The notes below the pieces were generated by a model. It did not search any database and had not been told where the DNA came from. It saw only the letters and a program-made list of their open reading frames with translations. Below are positions 8,307 through 16,142 of a DNA stretch of 24,533 bases, piece after piece. The stretch comes from an uncultured archaeon (GTDB taxonomy: Archaea; Iainarchaeota; Iainarchaeia; Iainarchaeales; CSSED10-239), in the NCBI GenBank assembly GCA_964586355.1, contig CAZPGO010000033.1, positions 1 through 24,533 of the forward strand. Reading direction: 5' to 3'. Both the position numbers and the translations under genes were made by a program. Every line of letters starts with the position of its first letter. The first letter of the stretch is position 1.

Positions 8307-8981
8307 ATGACTGAGAATTTAAAGATAATACTTGGAATAGTAATAATGGTAATATTAATAGTTGTTTTTTCTATGCTAGTAATAGAAAATAAATCTAATA
8401 CTGATTTAGATATAGATTATGAAAATACAATAGATCTAACAGATATAAACACAGAAGTTAGTGAAAAAAAAGAAAATGAGGTAGAAAATATGAATCCAAT
8501 AGTAATTATGGAAACTAGTAAAGGAAATATAGAAATTGAGCTATACCCAGAAAATGCACCAATAACAGTAGCAAATTTTTTAGAGTATGTGGATAGTAAT
8601 TTTTATTCCAACTTAATCTTTCATAGAGTAATTTCTGGCTTTATGATTCAAGGTGGTGGCTTTGAGAGTGATGGTTCTCAAAAGCAAACAAAAAGTCCTA
8701 TAAAGTTAGAAACTAATAAAGGATTAAGTAATCTAACTGGCACAATAGCTATGGCAAGAACAAATGTTCCAGACTCTGCAACTACTCAATTTTTTATAAA
8801 CACTGTAGACAATTTAGGTCTTGACTATAGTAATCAGGATCCAGGATATGCGGTTTTTGGAAAAGTAATCTCTGGTATGGATGTTGTGTATGAGATAGAA
8901 AAAGTAGAGACTTCAACAAAATCAGGACATCAAGATTGGCCTGTTGAAGATGTTGTGATTTTAAAAGTTTATAGAAAATAA
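8307..8981 (+). CDS. cyclophilin-type peptidyl-prolyl cis-trans isomerase with N-terminal membrane anchor
   Basis: Cyclophilin core GNIEIELYPENAPITVANFLEYV...FHRVISGFMIQGGGF...GTIAMARTN.PDSATTQFFIN...YAVFGKVISGMDVV. It is preceded by a TM helix (IILGIVIMVILIVVFSMLVI) and an acidic linker. ATG 8307 has GGTG 7 nt upstream; the track start at 8292 is a TTG overlapping the previous gene. Confidence 0.9.
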   Translation: MTENLKIILGIVIMVILIVVFSMLVIENKSNTDLDIDYENTIDLTDINTEVSEKKENEVENMNPIVIMETSKGNIEIELYPENAPITVANFLEYVDSNFYSNLIFHRVISGFMIQGGGFESDGSQKQTKSPIKLETNKGLSNLTGTIAMARTNVPDSATTQFFINTVDNLGLDYSNQDPGYAVFGKVISGMDVVYEIEKVETSTKSGHQDWPVEDVVILKVYRK

Positions 8982-9002
8982 TTTTTTAAAAAAGAGTTTA
9001 AA

Positions 9003-9191
9003 ATGGAATGTAGAAAAGAACAAAATCTAAAAAATTGCAATTGCACTTACGATTGTGAAAAAAAAGGGGTTTGCTGCCTTTGTGTTAAATATCATAGAGA
9101 ACGAGGAGAGATCCCTGCTTGTTTTTTTCCAAAGTCTGTAGAAAAAACTAATGACAGATCTATTAGTTTTTTTCTGGAATTAAACCAATAA
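9003..9191 (+). CDS. small cysteine-rich protein (DUF6485-like)
   Basis: 62 aa. MECRKEQNLKNCNCTYDCEKKGVCCLCVKYHRERGEIPACFF matches, from memory, the conserved Cys pattern of the DUF6485 family. Function unknown. Confidence 0.55.
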   Translation: MECRKEQNLKNCNCTYDCEKKGVCCLCVKYHRERGEIPACFFPKSVEKTNDRSISFFLELNQ

Positions 9192-9193
9192 AG

Positions 9194-9799
9194 CTATTTT
9201 TTCTTTCCAACAATAAGAATGTGTTTTTTTTCAAAAGGGTCTAGTCTTTTTTTTTCGATTATTGTAAAATATTTACTAAACTTATCAATCTCGTTATTAA
9301 TAATATTTTGTGTTTTTCCTTGAGAGATTGCTGTTGTCTTTAAACTTAAAACTACAAAGCCACCATCCCTTAAAAAAAGATCAGAGTTTTTTTTAAGAAT
9401 TTCTACTTGATTCTTTTGTGCTACATCTTGAATAATAACATCAATTTTAAAATCTATTAAATGTTTGTAACTTTCAGGTAAATCTGCGCTTGCAAGTATT
9501 GGTACTAAATTACTTCTTTCTTTAGAAAGTAAAAAAAACTTTTGTGTGCTTATTGGAGAGATGTCTACTCCGACAACAACACCCCTATCAGCAAGATCTG
9601 AAATATAAGAAATTGTGTAGCCTTCTGCAGATCCAAGATACAATACCTTAGAATCCTCTGTTATTGGTAAGAAGTTAAAGCCCCTTTTTAGTCCAGCACA
9701 GATCTTTGATCTATTAGGGTCCCAAAATCTTTTTTTATGTGTGTTTAGATCTAGTGTGTAATAATTTCCACTATCTAAAATTAAATTTTTTAAAATCAT
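9194..9799 (-). CDS. flpA: fibrillarin-like rRNA/tRNA 2'-O-methyltransferase
   Basis: WDPNRSKICAGL..., SAM-binding VLYLGSAEGYTISYISD, VVGVDISP, and DVIIQDVAQKNQVEIL. It lies immediately downstream of nop5 (6-nt gap), the conserved archaeal arrangement. Confidence 0.92.
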   Translation of the reverse strand: MILKNLILDSGNYYTLDLNTHKKRFWDPNRSKICAGLKRGFNFLPITEDSKVLYLGSAEGYTISYISDLADRGVVVGVDISPISTQKFFLLSKERSNLVPILASADLPESYKHLIDFKIDVIIQDVAQKNQVEILKKNSDLFLRDGGFVVLSLKTTAISQGKTQNIINNEIDKFSKYFTIIEKKRLDPFEKKHILIVGKKK

Positions 9800-9805
9800 A
9801 ATTAT

Positions 9806-10564
9806 TCATTTTTTTTGTAAATTAATAATATCTTCTTTTTTTTTAAGAATCTTTTCATAAAGTTCTTTAGAGATGTTATTGTTATTAAGATCTGCCTTTA
9901 CAGCAATAGAGATTTTGTTAGCAATAGTTCTTGCCATTTTTGCTTTGTTTTTTTTATTAAGATCAAATAATAGTTCGTGATTATATAACACCCCATATTT
10001 AGGAGTGTTCTTATTTAATTTTAAAGCCTTAAAAAAAGATTTCTCTGAGCCTAGTAATTGAATAGTTGATGAAGGCATTTTTGCTAATCTTTTTATAGAT
10101 CCAGAAATTTGTAACATTTTTGCTGCTATTTTTGGTGTTGCTATTAAATACAGATTAGGAAAATGTTTTTTAAGTAAAATAGAGATCTCTTCATCAAACT
10201 GGTTTTTTAGGTAAATTAGATCTAATATGTTTTTTGCAAAAAGATTTACTAGCTCTTTTTCTTTTTCATCAAAAGTTATAGCAATTTCTTCAAATGCTAT
10301 TTTTTCTAGTTCTTTTTGTTTATCTGTATTTTCTAAAGATCCATCTAACACATATTTACAATATTCTTCAATGGTTAGATATTGATCAAGAGTTGGATAT
10401 TTTAGATCAGTAATTATTCTTAGTTGTTCAAATAGTTCATTTATATTTTTTGGTAATTTTTCTATTATTAAGGAATACAGTATTATCTTTTGATCTGTGG
10501 TGTTTAGTTCCTGTTTTATTTTCTCTTGTGCTTCTTTAAAATATTTTTCTTTATTTATATCCAT
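9806..10564 (-). CDS. nop5: C/D box RNP protein Nop5 (Nop56/58 homologue), short form
   Basis: Nop-domain signature AAKMLQISGSIKRLAKMPSSTIQLLGSEKSFFKALK....TPKYGVLYNHELL...KAKMARTIANKISIAVKAD. I chose the start at ATG 10564 (MDINKEKYF); the track start at 10591 is a TTG. Only ~252 aa. Confidence 0.88.
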   Translation of the reverse strand: MDINKEKYFKEAQEKIKQELNTTDQKIILYSLIIEKLPKNINELFEQLRIITDLKYPTLDQYLTIEEYCKYVLDGSLENTDKQKELEKIAFEEIAITFDEKEKELVNLFAKNILDLIYLKNQFDEEISILLKKHFPNLYLIATPKIAAKMLQISGSIKRLAKMPSSTIQLLGSEKSFFKALKLNKNTPKYGVLYNHELLFDLNKKNKAKMARTIANKISIAVKADLNNNNISKELYEKILKKKEDIINLQKK

Positions 10565-10621
10565 ACTTATCAATATAATATTAAATACCAAAAATATAAA
10601 AATAGTTTAGAAAAAAAGAAA

Positions 10622-10885
10622 TTACTTAATTTCAACAGATTGACCAATAGATTCGCCTGGTAAGCTTTTTTCAAAGATTGCTCTAATCACTCCTTTGTTT
10701 CCATGAGCAGCAACAACTTTTCCAGAAATCATCTTGTTTCCAACTGTTTTATAGACCACTTTTTTTCCAAATAATGGTGCTACTGATTCCTTTGTTCTAT
10801 ATTTCTCATCATTTATTTCTATTAATATATGATCTGTGTGTTGTGTGTTTTTTCCTCTTCTAAAGTTTAGTATTTTTCCTTGCAT
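10622..10885 (-). CDS. rpl35ae: ribosomal protein L35Ae (eL33)
   Basis: MQGKILNFRRGKNTQHT...GKVVAAHGNKGVIRAIFEKSLPGESIGQSVEI matches archaeal L35Ae end to end. ATG 10885 is preceded by GGAG; the upstream ATG at 10915 would add 10 non-conserved residues. Confidence 0.85.
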   Translation of the reverse strand: MQGKILNFRRGKNTQHTDHILIEINDEKYRTKESVAPLFGKKVVYKTVGNKMISGKVVAAHGNKGVIRAIFEKSLPGESIGQSVEIK

Positions 10886-11005
10886 ATTAATTTCTCCAAT
10901 AAAAATTAAAACCATTCTTTTAAAATTAGTTTATATTAATATTTTAGTAACAAACACTTTTAAAATATATCAGCTATTTAAAAAATAAAAAAAATTGATG
11001 AAAAT

Positions 11006-11668
11006 ATGATAATTGCAGGAATAGACGAAGCAGGAAGAGGATGTGTATTAGGTCCTATGGTTCTTGCGATCTGTCTAGTTGATGAGAAAAAAGAGGTTTT
11101 TTTTAAAGAAATAGGAGTAAAAGATTCAAAGCTTATTTCAAGATCAAAAAGAGAGAAACTATTTACTGTTATTAAAGAAAACTCTGCTTATTATAAAATA
11201 ATTGTTGTTCCTGCTCAAGAACTAAATGTTCTAATGAATGCTTATTCACTTAATGAGATTGAAGCACAAAAAGTTGTAGAGCTTTTAAAAGATCTAAAAG
11301 TAATTCCTCAAAGGCTAATTTTGGATTCTCCGGATACTGTTGCTGATAAATATACTCTAAGAATAAGAAATATTCTAAAAAAAACAGAGGTTGCAAATAT
11401 AGAAGACCTAGAGATTGTTTCAGAGCACAAAGCAGACTATAAGTATATTTCTGTTGCCTGCGCATCCATTCTAGCAAAGGTTACTAGAGATACTCTTATG
11501 GATCAATTGGTGGGTTTCTCTTTAAGCGGGTATTCTTCTGATCCTAAAACCATAGAGTATTTAAAAAAATATTTTTTAGAAAATAAGAGTTTTCCAGAAT
11601 TCACTAGAATGAAATGGAAAACAGTTGACAATATTGTAAAAGATCTTTACCAAAAAAAACTTTTTTAA
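11006..11668 (+). CDS. rnhB: ribonuclease HII
   Basis: N-terminal catalytic block IAGIDEAGRGCVLGPMVLA, LDSPD, and ASILAKVTRD. Confidence 0.93.
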   Translation: MIIAGIDEAGRGCVLGPMVLAICLVDEKKEVFFKEIGVKDSKLISRSKREKLFTVIKENSAYYKIIVVPAQELNVLMNAYSLNEIEAQKVVELLKDLKVIPQRLILDSPDTVADKYTLRIRNILKKTEVANIEDLEIVSEHKADYKYISVACASILAKVTRDTLMDQLVGFSLSGYSSDPKTIEYLKKYFLENKSFPEFTRMKWKTVDNIVKDLYQKKLF

Positions 11669-12382
11669 CTATTTTTTTAGCTTGTTTTGTATACGGGTTA
11701 GATGCTTATGTAAGTGATCTTCTATATTCTTTCTTTGATAAAAGATAAGTACACCCCCTGCAACAACTATAACAAGAAGGATAATAGAGAACAAAAGACT
11801 TAATTGTGTTAATTGATAGCCAATAACACTTAAGAAAAGTATTGAAGGTAGTCTTCCAATTAGAACAACTAAAACAAATTTTTTAAACTTAATATTTGTA
11901 AGTCCTGCTATATAGGTAAAAGCATCATGAGGTAATATTGGTATTAAATATAAAACAAATAAAGTTTTTGCTATAGAATTAGAGCTTTGATCAATTTTTT
12001 CCATAACTGATTTATTTATTATACTTTCAACAAAAGGTCTTCCAAATAATCTAGTAACTCCAAACACAAGCATAGATGCTAAAAGATTTCCAATAACTGA
12101 TAATAGCATACCTAAATAAGGTCCAAACATATAACCCCCAGCAATGACTATTGGTGTTGAGGGGATTATTGCAAATATTAGTTGTAATATTAATATAATT
12201 ATAAAAACTATTGCTGAATATACTCCAAATTGCGAAACAAAATTTCTAATTGCTGTTGGGCTAGAAAAGGCTTTTGCTATTGGTATTGAGATTATGACTG
12301 TTAATATGATTAATATTATTATAATAATTAAACCCAATATTGCTTTTTTTTTACTCTTTTTTGAAGAAAATAGGTTTTTCAT
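11669..12382 (-). CDS. TVP38/TMEM64 (DedA/SNARE-associated) family membrane protein
   Basis: Multi-TM protein with the family-typical GGYMFGPYLGMLLSVIGNLLASMLVFGVTRLFGRPFVE and later HDAFTYIAGLTNIKFKKF. I chose the start at ATG 12382 (MKNLFSSKK). Its stop codon abuts the rnhB stop with zero spacer. Confidence 0.8.
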   Translation of the reverse strand: MKNLFSSKKSKKKAILGLIIIIILIILTVIISIPIAKAFSSPTAIRNFVSQFGVYSAIVFIIILILQLIFAIIPSTPIVIAGGYMFGPYLGMLLSVIGNLLASMLVFGVTRLFGRPFVESIINKSVMEKIDQSSNSIAKTLFVLYLIPILPHDAFTYIAGLTNIKFKKFVLVVLIGRLPSILFLSVIGYQLTQLSLLFSIILLVIVVAGGVLIFYQRKNIEDHLHKHLTRIQNKLKK

Positions 12383-12548
12383 ATTTTGTCTTTTGTTTTT
12401 TGGGTTTTTTTTAAGGAAATAAGCACAAATATTGTTTATTTTAACAACCAATATATAAATGTTTCTTTTTATATATTATTTATTGATCATCTTTTGTTAT
12501 TTTACTAAATACAATTTATGTTCAAAACAAATAAAAATGGTGTGATTT

Positions 12549-13157
12549 ATGACAACAGCAATTAACTATATAAAAAAAACAGTTCAAAACGAGTTTAAGA
12601 AAAAAGAAGATGAAAACTATAATTATAAAAAGATCTATACCCAAAGACTAATTGGTTATAGACACTTAAAAGGCACAGTAGTAAAACTAGAAAAACCAAC
12701 AAATGTTGCAAGAGCAAGAGAACTTGGTTATAAAGCAAAACAAGGAATTATTGTTGTTCTTACAAAAGTAAGAAAAGGATCTGGATTGATCAGAAGACCA
12801 ACTAAAGGAAGAAGACCAAAAAGAATGGGAGTAAATAAAATCACTAGAAGGATATCTATTCAAAGAATGGCAGAAAACAAAGCAGCAGATAAATTTGTAA
12901 ATATGGAAGTTTTAAACTCTTATTTGGTTGGAGAAGATGGGCAACACAAGTATTATGAAGTGATTTTAGTAGATCCAAGTCATCCAAGAATAATAACAGA
13001 TAAAGATCTACATTGGATTTGTGATCCTCAACACAAGGGCAGATCCTATAAAGGAACCACTAGTGCTGGTAAGAAAAACAGAGGCCTTGATAAGAAAGGC
13101 AAAGGTTCAGAAAAGAATAGACCATCACTAAGAGCAAATAATAGAAAGGCAAAGTGA
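12549..13157 (+). CDS. rpl15e: ribosomal protein L15e
   Basis: KLEKPTNVARARELGYKAKQGIIVVLTKVRKGSGLIRRPTKGRRPKRMGV and YYEVILVDPSHP are L15e hallmarks. GGTGTGA lies upstream of the ATG. Confidence 0.93.
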   Translation: MTTAINYIKKTVQNEFKKKEDENYNYKKIYTQRLIGYRHLKGTVVKLEKPTNVARARELGYKAKQGIIVVLTKVRKGSGLIRRPTKGRRPKRMGVNKITRRISIQRMAENKAADKFVNMEVLNSYLVGEDGQHKYYEVILVDPSHPRIITDKDLHWICDPQHKGRSYKGTTSAGKKNRGLDKKGKGSEKNRPSLRANNRKAK

Positions 13158-13226
13158 TTTTTGCCTATTTTTTCTATTAACCCATAATCTTAAAAAACCA
13201 TTTAAATTTAATATAATTGAAAAAAT

Positions 13227-13481
13227 ATGTTTTTAGCAATCTCTTTACAAGACAGTTTATGGATTATTCTATTTATATTTTTTGCAGTATCAATTTATGT
13301 GTATAATAAAAAACAAATAGGTAATGCTACTGTTGCTGTGTTAATAACTATTTTTATAATGTTTTTATTATTTTATCAATTTCCAGATCTTGTTTGGTTA
13401 TTTACTTTTGGTATTTTAGTTTATTGGTTTTTTGGATCAGAACTAAAAAATCTAATTGGCAAAAGTGTTTTTAAAAAATAG
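13227..13481 (+). CDS. small hydrophobic protein (about 3 TM), hypothetical
   Basis: 84-aa ORF, almost entirely hydrophobic helices. No competing ORF on either strand. Confidence 0.5.
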   Translation: MFLAISLQDSLWIILFIFFAVSIYVYNKKQIGNATVAVLITIFIMFLLFYQFPDLVWLFTFGILVYWFFGSELKNLIGKSVFKK

Positions 13482-13497
13482 TGGTGGCTTATAGTTT

Positions 13498-13809
13498 ATG
13501 GATTTTATTAGTTTTTTTGTAGTTTTAGTTTTAATGCTTTTAAGTTATCAGTACAATTATGATATTATCTCAGCAGCAATTATTTTAGTATATTCTATAT
13601 TTATGCCAAGTAGATCTAATTTTTTATTTGTTGCTTTATTTGGTTTATTGATTTTTATAAAAAATGGAACAATTGATATTTTTTGGTTACTAATAATAGT
13701 AGTTTTATTAGCAGTAATAATAATAAGATCCTTTTTTAAAGGAAAAAAAGCATCCTCAGCAAATAATAATTATGATGATCTAGCTAAATTACTTGGTGGA
13801 GGATTATAA
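13498..13809 (+). CDS. small hydrophobic protein (about 3 TM) with polar C-terminal tail, hypothetical
   Basis: 103-aa ORF, in tandem with the previous small membrane ORF (16-nt gap). Its stop overlaps the convergent gene's stop within TTATAA (13804..13809). Confidence 0.5.
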   Translation: MDFISFFVVLVLMLLSYQYNYDIISAAIILVYSIFMPSRSNFLFVALFGLLIFIKNGTIDIFWLLIIVVLLAVIIIRSFFKGKKASSANNNYDDLAKLLGGGL

Positions 13810-14394
13810 TTTATTTAAGATGTTTCTATTTTCTTCTAAGATATCTTTCATGATCTTAGTCAAAGCATTAATCTGTGCTTTTATTTCTCCAACTTGAGAT
13901 TCAAGTTCTGATAGTTGTTTTGTAAATGAGTTATCATTTCTTAGATCCTTTTTACTTTGATCTTCAAATCCATTAATTTCAGAAACCTCGTTAGCAGTTT
14001 GTTTTAGATCATCTTCCTGTTTTGTTTCATCAAGATCTCCTGTTCCTCTTGGTTTATCTATTTTTGGTTCTTTTGGTTTTGAGAATAGCGAATCAGCATT
14101 TGGTTCTTTTTCCTCTTTTTTTGGTTCTGGATTTTTAGTGTTTTCTTCAGGTTCTTTTGTTTCTGTAACTGAAATGTCTTTTTTTATTTCTGTTTTTTCA
14201 TCTTCTTTGAAATTATCCTCTGTTACTGGGGCTTCTTCTTTTGTTTTTTTAGAATCCATTACTTCTTTATAATTTTTTTCAATATTTCCTTCTTCTACCC
14301 CAATATCTTTTAATGTGGAAAAAATTGTTTCCTTATCAACATTTGCATCCAGTAATTCTATTATAGTGTCTTTTATTAATTTTTCGTCTATCAT
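13804..14394 (-). CDS. acidic low-complexity protein with small N-terminal helical domain and C-terminal coiled coil, hypothetical
   Basis: 196 aa. The N-terminal ~45 aa appear structured, followed by an E/K/P/T-rich linker likely to be disordered (KEEAPVTEDNFKEDEKTE...EPKKEEKEP) and a C-terminal heptad region (LSELESQVGEIKAQINALTKIMKDILEE). It is transcribed divergently from the 14511 gene. Confidence 0.6.
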   Translation of the reverse strand: MIDEKLIKDTIIELLDANVDKETIFSTLKDIGVEEGNIEKNYKEVMDSKKTKEEAPVTEDNFKEDEKTEIKKDISVTETKEPEENTKNPEPKKEEKEPNADSLFSKPKEPKIDKPRGTGDLDETKQEDDLKQTANEVSEINGFEDQSKKDLRNDNSFTKQLSELESQVGEIKAQINALTKIMKDILEENRNILNKL

Positions 14395-14510
14395 ATTTTA
14401 TAACCTTTTTTATATATGTGATATAAATATATTAATATAAAGAATATAAACATTTTGATTTAATCATAAATATACAAAAAGCAAAAAATATTATAAAAAA
14501 GAGAAAAACT

Positions 14511-15944
14511 ATGTTATCGTTAAGTGCATGGGAGACCATATTTGAAGGAAAATATGGAGATCAAGAATTATCTGTACTTTATAATGATGACTATTTTGTA
14601 TCTTTTTTAAAATCTCGAAATCAAGACTCTTTATTAATTCAGGTGTATAAAATTTTTTTAGCACAGGGGGAGTTAGAACTATTTGTTGAAACATTACCTA
14701 ATCAATGTATTTTTTATGAAAAGCATTTAGATATTGGAGAAAAAAACACCTATAAGTTTTTATTAATAAATACAGAAACAGAGTTAATTGATAATATGGC
14801 CTTTACAAGCTATATTGAAAAAAAAATAGCTCAATTAAATAAGCAAACCAGCTCAATAATATCTGTTATTAAATCCTATAACCTAAAACTGGTTTCTCTT
14901 AAAATGCTATCAGAAGAACAGAGAAGTATATTTTTTTCTGATCCTTTTGTAATAAAAACAATTACAAATTTTCCAAATAAAAATATTAATTTTTTAGAAA
15001 ACTCTACAGTTAACAAACTAATACTTGGGAAAAAAAATGATGTGACTATTACTGGAAACTTAGACTCCATGAGATCTGTGTTAGTAACAGGTTCAGAAGT
15101 AGATGATAGACTATACTCAGTAAAACTAATATGTGAAAACTATTTGTTATCAGGCAAAAAAGTTTTTGTATTTGATAAAAGTGGTGTTTTTAAAAGTTTA
15201 TCTTATCCTCAACAGCACGAAGAGATTCTAGAAAATTTTGATATAAAAATTGCTCCTTTTGGATTCCCTTCAAGAAGTGTAGATTATTTTAAAATTAAGA
15301 TTCCTTTATCTGTGGTTCCTAAAAAAGCCTTTTGTAAAATATTTAATCTTAATTCTATTTCTGAGAAGATTATTGAAAAAGCATATAGTAATGATCTTAT
15401 AAACATTAATGACTTAAGAGAAAAAACAGCAAATTTAGAAACAGATGATGATATAACAGAGTTTGAGAAAAAAAGAATTTATAATAAACTAAATATTATA
15501 GAAAAAAAATATGAAAATTATTTTGGAAAAACAGACTGTTCTATGCTCTTTGAAGGATCTTATAATCAGATAGGGGCTTGTAGAATTATAAGAATTGATG
15601 TTGATGATCCTTTTTATATTTATTATATCTATTCAATAGTAAAAGAAATAGAAAATATAGTAAAAGAAGACATCTTTATAGCAATACCAGAATCAAAAGA
15701 TCTATTTAATAGTCTGTTTGTTGGTAATGATGTTCTAAAAATATTAGTAGAAAATCCTAGGTTAAATTATATTTTAAGTACAGAATATTTGTCAGATCTT
15801 ATAACAGATTTTGATGATCTTGCAAAAGTGCATATGGAAGTAATTGCTGGAAATGATGTTGTTATTAGATATCCTGATAGAGATCCTTTAAGGTTGTTAT
15901 TAAGACCAACACTTACTAGTAGTAATGTTTTCTTAAAACAATAA
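14511..15944 (+). CDS. HerA/FtsK-clade P-loop NTPase paralog with degenerate Walker A/B (predicted inactive)
   Basis: 477-aa ORF. LILGKKNDVTITGNLDSMRSVLVTGSEVDDRLYSVKLICENYLLSGKKVFVFDKSGVF follows the HerA/DUF87 pattern (lGk...ldl..l.rH.lI.G.TGSGKS....li.......vlifD..GEy), but GSEVDDRL replaces the P-loop. Later, IFIAIPES sits where Walker B hhhhDEAH is expected, and ILSTEYLSDL where TQRPs.l is expected. It aligns by eye with the intact ATPase at 20285..21586. Confidence 0.55.
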   Translation: MLSLSAWETIFEGKYGDQELSVLYNDDYFVSFLKSRNQDSLLIQVYKIFLAQGELELFVETLPNQCIFYEKHLDIGEKNTYKFLLINTETELIDNMAFTSYIEKKIAQLNKQTSSIISVIKSYNLKLVSLKMLSEEQRSIFFSDPFVIKTITNFPNKNINFLENSTVNKLILGKKNDVTITGNLDSMRSVLVTGSEVDDRLYSVKLICENYLLSGKKVFVFDKSGVFKSLSYPQQHEEILENFDIKIAPFGFPSRSVDYFKIKIPLSVVPKKAFCKIFNLNSISEKIIEKAYSNDLININDLREKTANLETDDDITEFEKKRIYNKLNIIEKKYENYFGKTDCSMLFEGSYNQIGACRIIRIDVDDPFYIYYIYSIVKEIENIVKEDIFIAIPESKDLFNSLFVGNDVLKILVENPRLNYILSTEYLSDLITDFDDLAKVHMEVIAGNDVVIRYPDRDPLRLLLRPTLTSSNVFLKQ

Positions 15945-16142
15945 TTGTAAAAACTAGGGAAAATGTCTTTTTTTAAAAAGCAAAAGCTTTAAATACTTCT
16001 TCAACCATTAATATTTATATAGGTTTGCTTTTTATTGACCTTATTTTGTTTATATAAAATTAAATCTGTGAAACCTAATTTCTTTGAATTTCAACTAAAA
16101 AAGCAATTTATAATTAAAAATAAAAATATTGAGGTGGAAAAA

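Noticed and set aside
10996-11001. C box-like TGATGA upstream of rnhB, and a general look for C/D box sRNAs prompted by the nop5-flpA genes
   Set aside because: No matching D box (CTGA) and terminal stem lie at the right distance in non-coding DNA. Other TGATGA occurrences lie inside CDS. Intergenic spacers are too short and AT-rich to support a call by eye.
11250-12422. Track ORFs 11250..11477 (-) and 12144..12422 (+)
   Set aside because: They lie antisense within rnhB and the TVP38-family gene respectively. The sense-strand genes carry diagnostic motifs.
14509-15070. Track ORFs 14509..14694 (-) and 14876..15070 (-)
   Set aside because: They lie antisense within the 477-aa HerA-like ORF. 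They are short and have no start context.
16035-16142. N-terminal extensions proposed by the ORF track (tfb from 16035; also dfx 3341, HIT 7198, PPIase 8292, nop5 10591, L35Ae 10915, TVP38 12451, L44e 22667)
   Set aside because: In each case the homologous protein sequence starts at an internal ATG, usually preceded by a GGAGG/GGTG-like motif. The extensions use TTG or other upstream starts, overlap neighbouring genes, or add non-conserved residues.
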